DNA from: Halocafeteria seosinensis
Lineage: Eukaryota
DNA: 64,000 nt
Direction of reading: 5' to 3'
Assembly: GCA_001687465.1 (NCBI GenBank)
Contig: LVLI01000226.1
Location: 1-64,000 of the forward strand
A program made the translations under genes and the position numbers. Within the stretch, counting starts at the first letter, position 1. Every line of letters starts with the position of its first letter. The notes under the pieces are model-generated. The model ran no database searches and had not been told where the DNA came from. It worked only from the letters and a program-made list of their open reading frames with translations. This document shows positions 49,774-64,000 of this stretch, in pieces.

Positions 49774-50814
49774 ATGAAACGCTTCATGGCCGTGGCGATA
49801 CTGGCCACTAGTTTGCTCATCGCACAAACGCTGGCTGATGATGAGAACAATAGCACCCACCCCGTTACAGGTATAGGCAAGCCTCCCAATCCTTCGCAAC
49901 TCGCCATGCTACACAGCCTAGTGAATCTGACCACGTTATACTGGAACCAGTGCAACACGTCCTTCGAGGAAGCGCCTTCCCAGAGAGACGATTCAGGACA
50001 AAGTACTTGCATTACGGAGCCATTTCACGTGGGGCAAGCTTGGGCACACTTGCTACTCTCACGCTTATCCTCGATGACAGCAAATGGTGAACTAATGAGA
50101 CTAATGGACAATCAGCCAACCGCGAATGGAAACGGGTTCATGGACCAGCTTCTCGAGCTGGGGAGGAGACAGGGACCCTTGAGCACGCATGCGCATTTGG
50201 CGATGGAGTTCGAAGAAAGTGCATTTCGAGCCTATGGAAAACATTGTCAGACGCTCACTCGCCTATTAGGACAGACAAATAGTTCAGACTTTGATAACGA
50301 GACGTGGAAACATGTTGTATACGCATTCAAGATACCTATACAGGACTTTTCGCGGGTCGTTGACAAAATACGAAACGATAGTGAGCACTTCATGAACACA
50401 CTTTCAAAACTAAGATCAATTGCATCGGAGGCTTACACCGACAGAAGAGAATATGCTCAAGAAGGTGATAGTATCTTAGGATTCTGCCAACAGGTGGTCG
50501 ACATTTCAGACAAAATCGAGCGCTTTTTCGGAGAGGGGCTGCTTCATCTCTTCCAACAGCGCCTCGAAGCTCATAATCAGATCCTGGTACAGGCTAATGA
50601 GAGTAGACAGGCTCTGGAGCAAAAATCACATACAGATGCCTTTACGCAATTCGGTGTAATTGAAACCTTCGAACGCCTGCGAGAAAGGGGTGCTGCCGCG
50701 TCTCAGTACGTCCCTCAAGTAAGACAAGCATTGCTTGCAATTGGCAATAGACGCCAAATCCCGAGGACAATACCAAAGACTGAACGCCACGGATTTCCGA
50801 AGGATGAACTGTAG
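49774..50814 (+). CDS. Uncharacterised ER-lumenal protein (signal peptide and C-terminal KDEL), intronless, 346 aa
   Basis: MKRFMAVAILATSLLIAQTLA signal peptide, several N-X-S/T sequons, ends FPKDEL. Confidence 0.75.
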   Translation: MKRFMAVAILATSLLIAQTLADDENNSTHPVTGIGKPPNPSQLAMLHSLVNLTTLYWNQCNTSFEEAPSQRDDSGQSTCITEPFHVGQAWAHLLLSRLSSMTANGELMRLMDNQPTANGNGFMDQLLELGRRQGPLSTHAHLAMEFEESAFRAYGKHCQTLTRLLGQTNSSDFDNETWKHVVYAFKIPIQDFSRVVDKIRNDSEHFMNTLSKLRSIASEAYTDRREYAQEGDSILGFCQQVVDISDKIERFFGEGLLHLFQQRLEAHNQILVQANESRQALEQKSHTDAFTQFGVIETFERLRERGAAASQYVPQVRQALLAIGNRRQIPRTIPKTERHGFPKDEL

Positions 50815-50829
50815 AAGCTCCGAATCGTG

Positions 50830-54286
<3,457 letters not shown>

Positions 54287-54780
54287 TCTCACATGGGAAG
54301 GGCACTATACCTATAAATCATAAACTAACAACACTATTCCATCGCAAGCAACTACATTGAAGTTGAACTTTGATTTGAATTCCAAAGGCGAAGGGAACGG
54401 CATTTAGGTAAATTGATGCAATGGTAATAGTGGGAAACGCCGTACGAGCTAGTTTGAATCACATTAGTGTGTATTGTACAGTACTGTGATTGAGCAGCTG
54501 GACGCAAGGCGCAAGATCTATGTTATGAGGCGACCCTGCACCAGTGTTGCAATCACCCCCGCTACTGAGAACATCCGCAAGGAGCGACCTTAAGTACACC
54601 TGCTCGATTCAAGCTTACATTAACACAGTTCGAGTTCGAGAGACGCGCGGTGATTGTTCCTACGCTCCCAGTCCTGAAGACTACAAAGAAGAATGAGTCT
54701 TCTAACATTACAGCATCTGGAATGATTGATAGTGTGTGTCACATATCTGATAATGTGCTACCATTGGGAGAGTCTCTGGG

Positions 54781-56449
54781 TTACCACGAAGCTACTTTTT
54801 GTTTTCCTGCATCTTCGTCTTCACGTTCATACTCAATCTCTACGCGAGGCTTGGCAGGAGTAATCGCCTTATAATCATCATCCAGTGTTCCTTTCCTCTT
54901 CTGCTTCAATTTCTTTTTCATTGCAGAAGAGGAGGAAGCAGGCTCTCTCCGGCCCCGTTTTGATCCGGATATACCATTCTGGTTACTGTTTCCTGTTTCC
55001 TCGTCTTCCTCATCATCGTCGCCATAGAAATCTAAGTCGTTTTGGCCAAACCCATCCTCGTCATCACTGTCTTCTTCCCCAATACCGGAGAATCTATACT
55101 TATCCGCAATTTCTTCTACATCGCTGTCTTCTTCTTCATCGATATCAGCGTCTTCAACATATTCAATCTCTTCAGCGTCCGATTCGTCACTCTCACCTTC
55201 ACCCTCGTCCGAAGCTTCAGTACCTTTCTGTTTATTCTCATACTCACTGCTAGCTTCATTTAGAGCAGAATTGTATTGTGCCTCGGGAAAATTGTAAATA
55301 TCACCGTAAGTTCCATCTTTTAATCGTGACAATAACTCTTTTTCAATCGATTTCTCAATATTAGCAGCTTTCTGCAAACAAAAAGAAAAAACATGAAGTT
55401 CAAGTAGCAACATACCATCCATGCACGCTATTTCAAAACCTAAAGTAGCAAAAAACCCATCAGAAACTCAGTACGAAGTGGAAACTAATTTTTTTCACGA
55501 GCTAATCAAGAGAAAGGTTGATCAATCACTTGGGTTTTCAGCATCTCCCGGAGACATAGCTTTTTTTAAAGAAAAAATGCAAAAGAGGAGAAACGAGGGC
55601 AATGACATTCACGCGGTCCATCAGAAACTCAGTACGAAGTGGAAATTGATTGTTTCACGGGCTAATCAATAGAAAGGTTGATTGCTCATCACTTGGGCCT
55701 TGACGCTTTGCCTCCTTCATGCTCCTCCTCAACTTTGCACAGAAATAATCAACACATAAGAAAACCAAGAAGCGAAAACTTACCAAAGCCTTCTGTTCTC
55801 TCCTCTTTTCCCTTTGCTCTACTTTCTTGTGTATACGCATTAAGCGCGGTTGGACCTTCTTGGTGAGCTTCCTCATTCGGATCAGGTACTGTGTAATCTT
55901 TGTCAATCTCTGCTTGTTCTTGTGTAGCAAAAATTTCGGAAAATATTGCAAGTGAGTATCGACCTGTTCTAATGCCTTCTCATAATTCCTTGAAAGCTGC
56001 AGAGAAACAGACGATGATGATAAAGTTCCGTTTCAACACACTCTTCACCCAGTGGCTGAGTTTGCTACATAAAGGCAAAGTCCAATAGACGCAAAGCACC
56101 TTATTGCCTACCTTTATTTTCTCCCACAAATTCTTGGGGGTATGAGCTCGTTCAGCTGTCTTTATGTATAAATAACATCGTCCTTCATGTTCCCGTATGG
56201 TAGCATAGCGGCTGTTTGCCAGCGGACAGGAGCTCCTATTACAGAGCCCAGTAACATTATAAGGATTCCGACAAAAGATAGACTTATCATCGACCCTGTA
56301 TTTAACGAGAAATCGCAAACAAAGTATCATAATAGCCAATGAACCATGACGATGAGAGGAGACAGAGGAACTACCTGGCGCACTTACTTGCTCTTAAAGG
56401 AGCAATGACCGTTGTTTATGATCTCCCAAATGAGCTCGTCGTGCTGCAT
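54781..56449 (-). CDS. MAK16: 60S biogenesis protein MAK16, spliced (last intron 55783-55372)
   Basis: [86 protein letters not shown]. Confidence 0.95.
55452..55538 (-). ncRNA. Putative intronic box C/D snoRNA, copy 1
   Basis: The host-sense strand reads aaaaccca-a-GTGATTG..TTGA..CTGA-tgggtttt: degenerate box C, D', box D and an 8-bp terminal stem. Confidence 0.6.
55615..55699 (-). ncRNA. Putative intronic box C/D snoRNA, copy 2
   Basis: The host-sense strand reads ggccca-a-GTGATGA..TTGA..CTGA-tggacc: consensus box C, box D and a terminal stem; the core is nearly identical to copy 1. Confidence 0.72.
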
Positions 56450-56818
56450 TTTGGACGATACTTCTGTATAGTACTATAAACTGCAGTATGTACTCTGTTT
56501 GAATCGATATGAACCACCAAAACTTCGGTTAAAGGACACTGACACCTCCGAAAAAAGCCGGAAACTTAGTAGCCGAAAAGATAGACTCGTTGAAGTTTAC
56601 TTCAACTTGCAATCATAAGAGTAAGTCAGCCATGACACCGCTTTCTTATATGCTACGATTGTGGAAAGAGAAAACGAATTAGGAGTTTGGAACTTGTCAA
56701 TGAAGCGCGATTGATGCCAACCGTGCCGCTACTGTGTTCGGGTAGTGCTGAATTGCTTAGATAACGAGCTGATTCCTCAGTGGGACCGTTAGGAGACCTT
56801 CCGTAATCCAAACACAGA

Positions 56819-57615
56819 ATGCCTCCGAAGAAATCCTCATCAAAACAGCAACGTCGTGACTCCACAGATAAGTCCAAAGAAGCAGCCCAACAAGAAACAA
56901 CAGAGGAAGAGGAGGTTAAAGAGGAACCAACAACAGGCAGATCTACCTTTCGATTCGTGGATGGATCAACTTATGGTATGTTAGGAGGTGCCTTTTGTCC
57001 ATGGTTAATTGGAATGAATATACCCATCGTCTCTGGTATTCGTTCCTAGCAGAAGGTGATTGGATTGAGCAAAATGGAATAAAGTACAGGCATGGTGAAG
57101 GGACCTTCACACATCCGTCTGGAGAGAAGTATGAGGGTAGTTGGGAGTGGGACGTGATGACCGGACATGGCAAGTTTCACAGCGTAACTGGTTCCTACTA
57201 TGAGGTAAGGGACACGTGTTCGGTTTTTCTTGTTACTGGGCAATTTGGATAGTGCTACCTCAGGGGGAGTTTAAGGACGGTGCATACCAAGGACAAGGCT
57301 TCTACCAGTGGCCCGATGGTGCGTCATACGGGGGCGGGTGGATACAGAACAGGTACGTTTCGAATACGTCTCTCTTGAGAAGCTTGGATGGCTTTTAGAC
57401 ATTCACTTTTTTACAGGATGCACGGAGCTGGAAGGTACACGTCTCCAGAAGGTGTTGCGTGGCAAGGGGAGTTCTTCAACGGAAAGTACTACAACGGCAA
57501 AGCCTACATTAGTCTGCATTCAACGGAGGTGGCCGACGTTTTCAAAGCTATTGAAGAGACAGAGGTGGACCAACCCGAAACTAAAGAGAATACCCCCGAG
57601 GAAGCGAAGGAGTAG
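56819..57615 (+). CDS. MORN-repeat protein (MORN2-like), spliced
   Basis: Repeats YEGDW, RHGEGTF, YEGSWEWDVMTGHGKF, YEGEFKDG, YGGGWIQNRMHGAG and WQGEFFNG across four exons. Confidence 0.85.
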
Positions 57616-57636
57616 ATTCCGACCCTTGCACGTTTC

Positions 57637-58707
57637 CTACACTTCGACGGTAGTTCGAGACTGAAATGTGTCTTCACCCCTTTGAAATATTTCCGACTCC
57701 GTTCTCACCTTCTGAGCAGATCCATCCGCTGAAATATCGGTAAAAGTAGAGGAAGAATCTTCTTCATCTTCTGCGTCGTCGATGATGAGCTGTTTCTTCT
57801 GAATGCTTTTCTGACGTATTCGGCTCAGATCCTGAGCCATCTTTGGTAGCCATTTTTGTGCAGGTCCCCGGTGGAGCCACTGTTGTCCAAAATGTTGGCT
57901 ATTACCCAGCATACCCTGCAGTACGATGAATCCGGGACCAAGTGCCTAAAATAGTAAAACTGCAGCACATTAACAATGAATTACCTGCTTTTTAGCAAAG
58001 ACCCTGTACTTCGCTTCGAAGAACTGTGATTCATCTGTAGATACTGGGAGTTCGTTTGGATTTAAAGCTTCCCATAGAATATCTTTCAAATGCTGCGCAT
58101 TTGGATTCAGTAGTGGCATTTCACCGTTGTCGTCAAATGCTTTTTCAAGTTCCCCGTTGTCCTCCAGCTTGGAAAACAGCTCTCTCGAAATTCTGTTTTG
58201 TGTGTTGGCGTAAGCATTTCGGAGTGTCTTCGATGCCGCTGTTGAGTCCTTGACATGTGTGTATATTTCCTTGGAATTGACTCCTTTTTTGATATGTATT
58301 TCAAAGTCATGGTCTCCAGTGTCTTCGTCATCGTCCTCAAATGTTTCTTCGTTTTCCCTACTCTTTCTCTCGCTCTTTTTCCTAAGGCGCTCTCGTTCAT
58401 GCTTTTTGCGGTCAAGTTTCGTCTCCCCATTGAATCGAGGAGGCTTGGCGTTTTTCGGAGGTCTTTGCTTTTTGCCTTCTCCCAGGTCGACCTCTTTGGC
58501 GTGGACGTCAACATCCAATTCTTTTGGGGCCTCCTGGGGCTTTCCCCCCAGGTCATCCCTCTTTGACATGGCAGCAATGTCTGCAGAGATATCGGAAACA
58601 GTTTCATCTTCGAAATCTTGTCCAGAGACGCCCACGTGCCATAGAAACGCTATCAAAAGACAGCTCCATAGCCTCGTGCCATTGCTGGTCATATCTACCA
58701 CGTTCAT
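57637..58707 (-). CDS. Hypothetical signal-peptide-bearing charged protein, one intron (~57984-57917)
   Basis: RLWSCLLIAFLWHVGVSG hydrophobic leader and a long K/E/D-rich ORF; KKQ|GMLG splice joins ORFs 57970..58773 and 57637..57912. Confidence 0.6.
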
Positions 58708-59232
58708 GCGCCCGTGAAGCCAGCATGTGCAGCGGGAGCACACGCTATAAGCAGTGCAACTCCAAAAAAGCAACTTTAATATTTACGTATATTCTCAATA
58801 CTAACAATCAGATGAAAACGGGCCACAAGTTGAAGCTAAGTAACGAAGAAGCCGTTTGCAGCTACTTTCCCATACCTTCTCCAGTCAATCCCCGAAGGGT
58901 ATCATCATAGAAGCCAGACAGTCATGAAGGGGATCCCTAATTTGAAAAGTCAAGAGAAACTAGATAGAAGCGGGAGTGGGGCTGTTAAAGTACTGAAAGT
59001 GTCTCACTGAATTCTTAGTGTAAAAACAGTTACTAGTGACTATTGAATCATCCGTACCCAAAGAACGACTTCTTGAGCAGTAAAAATATACGTTCTGTTG
59101 CTAGTAATGCAGTTAGATATTACTTCGACTACCTGGAGATACTGGAAATAGCTTGTCTCGAATTGATGGCACTCCACTTGCTGTTGATACTACCTGGCTT
59201 ACTCATCTTCCAGAGTGGTTCCGGTGCCATTT

Positions 59233-60599
59233 TCATTGTTGAACCGCCCGTTCAACGATAGTTCCACATTCAGGGCATCTGCAAGGATAAAGCGGGGATT
59301 TGACCGTAATATACCGTCTGATAAAGTGTGAATCCATCGGTCACATACTCGTAATCCGGCTCTTCAATGACTGCTGTATGAAGACAGAAATAGCACAATG
59401 GATGAGCACATGGAATACACAATAGAGGCATAGAAGCTGGATTTTTGCCACACTCAACGCAGATTGTTGGAACACTGTCTAGCATTGCGTTTCTAATGGC
59501 CGTTGAGGAATAGTAGCCCGTAGAGCCGAGGTGATTTGAATTTGCTACCGAAGCAGCAGCAGAAACCCCTGTGAGTGATGCTAGCTTTCCAATGCCTTGC
59601 TTTACCCTCTTAAATATTAAGTACAGCATCCTTCTCACAGCATACCAATCCACGTGAGTGTGTAGAGTTGAGAGCAGATCCTGTATCCCAAGGTAGCTCC
59701 AATATATGTACTTGCAATTGTTCTAGAGAAATATCGTGAACGAAACTTACTAGAAATGAGTCCCATAATAGTTGGCGGTTCATGATATCATAAGCAGGGG
59801 AAGGGTAGAAAGGAAATGGAGAACTGGGCATCATCCTCATGTTTGTCATCCTAGAAAGGACCGAAGGGAATCGTCCGTCAGCAAGAAATCGCAACGAGTT
59901 GAGTAGGCATGCCACTTTGAAGACCTTATTCACTAGATCAATGACAAGGAGGGCGAATTGCTTCCAAACATTCTCGGAATGCTCCCTCCAATGGTTTTCT
60001 TCTACATGCCTCTGAAGTCTGTCCCATGCCCACTTCAGAGCAACGTAGGCTAGGGTGTAGAGACAGCTCTGTCGGCGAGTTAACCAAGGTCTTGCTTCCG
60101 GTAGATTGGTTTCTGTTGTTTTGGGATCTTGTGGTTGACTGTGTGAGACTTTTGGGGCGTCTTTCCTGATAGTCTCTGCTCTTTGCTCCCGTATAGTCGA
60201 TGAACTGCCACTTACTGCTCCATCTGCTGGTGTCTGCTGTCGCGCATGATAGTCCAGAATATCTTGAGAAGAGGGCAGTTTAGAATTGTTTGCCCATCGA
60301 AGGTCTTGCACTTGTTGCCCCGGTGATGGTTTATCTTGGAGCACACTGGAGCACATAACCATTCCCGAGAGTACCGCTTTCAGTTCAGGTGTGAAGCTTT
60401 CCATTACACGCGGCTGTAAGAATCAATGGTCGATAAAAAAGAAAACAAGTTGCTGGGCCTCAAAATTAGGTGCTCCTCTTACCTGAAACCATGAGAGCGC
60501 ACTCCTTGCTTGGGAAGCAAGCAATTCGAGCAGCTCCTCGTCCAGATATTGAGCATCTAATTGCCTGACGCGACCAACCCGGATAGGACGGGAGCTCAT
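59233..60599 (-). CDS. PEX2: Peroxin-2 RING ligase, spliced
   Basis: RVRQLDAQYLDEEL, PELKA, SPGQQVQDLRW, NSLRFL..GRFPS, MNRQLLW; RING CVECG..PCAHPLCYFC..CPECG. Confidence 0.9.
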
Positions 60600-61109
60600 T
60601 TCCCCCGTAGCGTACGTCTCAAATTCACCCGCCGACAAACAAGACACAACAACAGCACTGCGTTGATGGCGACCAAGACCAATTCTCAGTCTATATTATA
60701 TAAACTATAGGATGTCCGCTGTGGCATGGCATTGCATGCTGGCAAGTTCGGAACTTGAAGTTCCAGCGTCATTCATCCCACCTTCACAAACATGCTGATT
60801 GGAATTGGTTGCCCTTATCAGTGTGTAGAGTGCCACTACCACATGACTAGAGACTAGTCTAGAGTTCCATGGATGAGTAGTTTTGTGTTGTCGTATTGGG
60901 ATGATAGGACCTCTCATTTCCATGAGAAAAGCATTTGTTTAAAGGGGTAGCACAGTCGACTGGGTGTTTGCCGTTTAGAGACGCAAACTTCAAGATAGAG
61001 TTTATTTTGCTTGATTACAGGAGTCATACCGCCGTAGCAGCACCGTACTACGTCGGGTTCTGTTTGCCAAGTAAGCATGCAAATTTCAAGGGAATGAGGA
61101 GGAGTGACG

Positions 61110-64000
61110 ATGGATGCACTGGAAGCTGAAGTCGCCGCGTTCGAGACCGACGTGAAGCGACATGCACTAGCCACTACAAGTAAGAGTATACAGGACTCCC
61201 AGCAGGTGCGAGGTTACCCTTCCAGAAGATATCGGTACAGACCGGCGGTGGCGATACTGGATCCTTCAGCGAAGAAACATACAAAATATGCTGAATCCTG
61301 GCCGGCTCGGTCGAGAGTGACAGGTTTTCAGGCCACTAAACCAAAGCGGAGGACTGCTGCGGCATCCCAGCAAACAGAGGCAGAAACTAAGCGACGTGAG
61401 AAAAATATAGAACTCGCTTCCCGTTTGTCGCGGAGTGCACTGTACGAATGTGATCCGAATCGGTCTGTCGCACGGGACAGTACGGCCAAACGAAATCGGC
61501 TACCTGGGTTACAATTGGAAAGTGAGTCTCATAATACTGAGTGTAAACCTTCGTACATCGGACAACAGAAATGGGGAGTCGACTGTCTGAAGGAAGACTC
61601 TTCTGATGCGTCATTCAACGCAATTGCTGCTTATCCATCGGCGGCTGTGCTCTCCACTCGGAACCAAATGGGAAGGGAGAGCAAGGCACCAAGACGTCGT
61701 TCGACCTCCGGTCACTACAGGCGTCGTGAAACGAGAACGGTTAAACAAAATCCAAAAGAATCGCTATCCCGAGAAAAAACGGGCAACATGTCCAGAATTA
61801 TCGCTGGCCACACCTTCCGGTCCAGAACTCACGTTTGTCCCGTACCGCAAGCTGAGCACAAAGACGATAGCGCAGTGAGGCGAATTATGAGACCCCACGA
61901 GAGTGGCGACATAGGTCAATGTGGCATAAATTCGTCTACATCGGAGGTTCACCGTCGTTCCATACGTCGTTCTGCTAAGGACACAAGGCCAAAAAGGATC
62001 TATGGTGCCTGCTTTCCCGATGCTGGCAGTAGGAGAGCCAGTCGGACGAAACAAATGTCGAAAGTCTCCGCTGATGAGCAACCTCACTCCCCAACTTCTG
62101 GAGAAAGTGGGTACAAACTCAAGGACTCTCCTGTTTCCACAGCTTCTATGCAGCGTCCAACACGACAAGTAAGGGAGAGTGAGCGTATGAGGAAGTATGA
62201 GGGTGAGAGCAGCGGAGAACGACTTATTCAAAGTGCCAGGTTTTCAACAGAAAATCTCAAACGGAATGTAAAAAATTCGGGAGATGGGAACTGTTGGCTA
62301 CCCATTCAAGGGCATGGCAAGGCAGCGCGAGAAAGCGAGGGGAAAGAGCCAATGGATTTCAAGTCCACGGAAACGTCGCTAAGACAAAACGCTATCCGCG
62401 ATCTATCGTCATGCCTTACAACAGTCCACGACAATTTGGAGGATGATGATATTTCCCTTTCGTCTCTTTTTCTAGACGTCCTGGACATTTTGCAAGAACC
62501 TCGGAAGGACTCTACATGGGGAGAGGTATCAGGGTCGATGCGAGGAGGGGCATCTAAACAGGATCGCGAAGATCCCCTTCTTAGGCAGACGGCCGTTACA
62601 GATATACAACGATGCTTGTCAGGCATTGGGGATGGGAAGCGAACTCCTGAAGAGGACGATGTGAAAACATTATTGCTGCAGGTGCTGCCGTTGCTTGGTG
62701 GATCTGCAGACAGGGAACAGCTTGCTTGTCGTAAAACTCGCCGAAGGGTTTTGTCCCAGACCAAACCTATTTACCCCGGTCCTGGAGAATACGATGTCTC
62801 CGCAAAAGTAGCTGTTAGTGCTCGCGGTCTGAAACAGTATGCATACCATGTCATAGACTGGAACAGTCTTTTGAACCCCCCGGCTAGTGTTCATCCAGCG
62901 AGGAAACCGCATTTTCAGCTATACCGCACAGGAAATTATCTTGCAGTTGACTCCTTCTCGCGGAATGTAGAGCGTGCTCAGCACATGTTATCCGCGTATG
63001 CGCATGAGTTGAGTTCAGGCGGTGGAGACTTCAATAGGGTTGTGCTACTTTTCCTCTTGTATGGATGGATGCAAAGTTTTCAACTAATGTATGAGAGGTA
63101 CTATATGACAGTGAAATCGTTACAGGAGATAAGCCGCAATGTCTATGCGTTCTATCATCAATGTAGCAAAACAGCTGTGTTCGTTAATTGGCTTGAGGCG
63201 CAAAAGACTGCAAGCATTCTACTTAGAAAACTAGAAGAAGTAGTTTGTTGCCAATATCAAAGTGCAGTAACTTTGGCTCCCCCGCGATTAGAGCAGACTC
63301 TTTGCTCACGTATTAAGGTTTTATGCCAGGCCTCAGAGAAACGGGAGGATGTGGTTTGGCGTTTGGTAGGTGAAGTATGCTCAATACTTTGCCGATTCTG
63401 GTCCGTTTACAGGTCACGGAATATCTCGCTAGATTGCTATGCTTTGCCAGAAGCGCCTCATCTATCTCTTCGACGTCTGCATAATACTCGGAGGCAATTA
63501 CATGTACCTAGAAGGTCGGGTGGGGAATTTGCTTCACTGAGTAAGCGGAAACCACCACGTGAGGTTTACAAGCAGAGTGCTAAGGAGGTAAATGATTCGG
63601 ATGAGCGCTCCGGCTGTGGACGATATTCCAAGCGAGAGGAAAAGAGGACGAAAGCATCTGTTGTGGAGAATTTTGGGGAGGACGATGGTGCCACCAGGAA
63701 AATGACCGACTCGAAAGAGTCATGGGGAGAACAACCTGTCGAGTTGTTGGGAGATAACTCAGATTCTTATTTCACTGAGTTGTTTGACGAAAATGGGAAT
63801 ATGCTTGTCACTGCTGATGATGTGCAGCGCGTTATCCGCGTTTATGGGAGGTCATGTTCGAGTGAGCATCGCCCATGCACCCGTAGCCGAGATACTCACA
63901 AACAAAGGGAAGAACCAGTTGCTACGCGTCCCCCTCTGAATGTCGAGCGAGCACTGCAGTTCGTTGAGCACCGCGTTAGTGGAGGGCCTTCTTTCGCAGC
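61110..64000 (+). CDS. Long uncharacterised ORF (>963 codons), truncated by the window end
   Basis: My translation from ATG 61110 (MDALEAEVAAFETDVK...) meets no stop before 64000, which is why the ORF track omits it. It contains one YPGPGEYDV motif. Confidence 0.75.
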   Translation, partial: MDALEAEVAAFETDVKRHALATTSKSIQDSQQVRGYPSRRYRYRPAVAILDPSAKKHTKYAESWPARSRVTGFQATKPKRRTAAASQQTEAETKRREKNIELASRLSRSALYECDPNRSVARDSTAKRNRLPGLQLESESHNTECKPSYIGQQKWGVDCLKEDSSDASFNAIAAYPSAAVLSTRNQMGRESKAPRRRSTSGHYRRRETRTVKQNPKESLSREKTGNMSRIIAGHTFRSRTHVCPVPQAEHKDDSAVRRIMRPHESGDIGQCGINSSTSEVHRRSIRRSAKDTRPKRIYGACFPDAGSRRASRTKQMSKVSADEQPHSPTSGESGYKLKDSPVSTASMQRPTRQVRESERMRKYEGESSGERLIQSARFSTENLKRNVKNSGDGNCWLPIQGHGKAARESEGKEPMDFKSTETSLRQNAIRDLSSCLTTVHDNLEDDDISLSSLFLDVLDILQEPRKDSTWGEVSGSMRGGASKQDREDPLLRQTAVTDIQRCLSGIGDGKRTPEEDDVKTLLLQVLPLLGGSADREQLACRKTRRRVLSQTKPIYPGPGEYDVSAKVAVSARGLKQYAYHVIDWNSLLNPPASVHPARKPHFQLYRTGNYLAVDSFSRNVERAQHMLSAYAHELSSGGGDFNRVVLLFLLYGWMQSFQLMYERYYMTVKSLQEISRNVYAFYHQCSKTAVFVNWLEAQKTASILLRKLEEVVCCQYQSAVTLAPPRLEQTLCSRIKVLCQASEKREDVVWRLVGEVCSILCRFWSVYRSRNISLDCYALPEAPHLSLRRLHNTRRQLHVPRRSGGEFASLSKRKPPREVYKQSAKEVNDSDERSGCGRYSKREEKRTKASVVENFGEDDGATRKMTDSKESWGEQPVELLGDNSDSYFTELFDENGNMLVTADDVQRVIRVYGRSCSSEHRPCTRSRDTHKQREEPVATRPPLNVERALQFVEHRVSGGPSFA

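Noticed and set aside
54625..54650. GTTCGAG B-box-like motif suggesting a tRNA
   Set aside because: No cloverleaf or A-box could be formed.

Overview
Gene-dense nuclear DNA from a flagellated eukaryote (probably a protist; stramenopile-like is only an inference). Introns are GT-AG and mostly 60-150 nt, so the six-frame ORF track splits most genes. Bases 1-~3.5 kb are a mosaic of decayed CRE-like (RLE-endonuclease) non-LTR retrotransposon fragments on both strands, plus an RNase H scrap and a probable Mpv17 scrap. About 25 genes follow: CFAP46 (~4516 aa), WDR74, TatD, UROS, OXNAD1, two NFU1 paralogs, a chimeric Nfu_N-crotonase, RPC8, a WW-kinesin-14, nitroreductase, cyclin B, a Pierce/FAP182-like gene, MRPL9, NUXM, D-amino-acid oxidase, a Cid1/TUT-like nucleotidyltransferase, a TAF11-like gene, RPA1, a KDEL orphan, MCM8, MAK16, a MORN protein, a secreted orphan, PEX2 and a long ORF running off the right edge. 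The most notable observations are: (1) an NFU1-derived gene whose Fe-S-binding CxxC domain is replaced by an intronless bacterial-type crotonase, with NFU1 intron positions retained; (2) two tandem box C/D snoRNA-like elements in a MAK16 intron; (3) an RPA70 lacking all four zinc-finger cysteines; (4) clustered CHR-like (TTTGAA) and E2F-like motifs upstream of cell-cycle genes. All family calls come from motif recognition by eye, with no database search.
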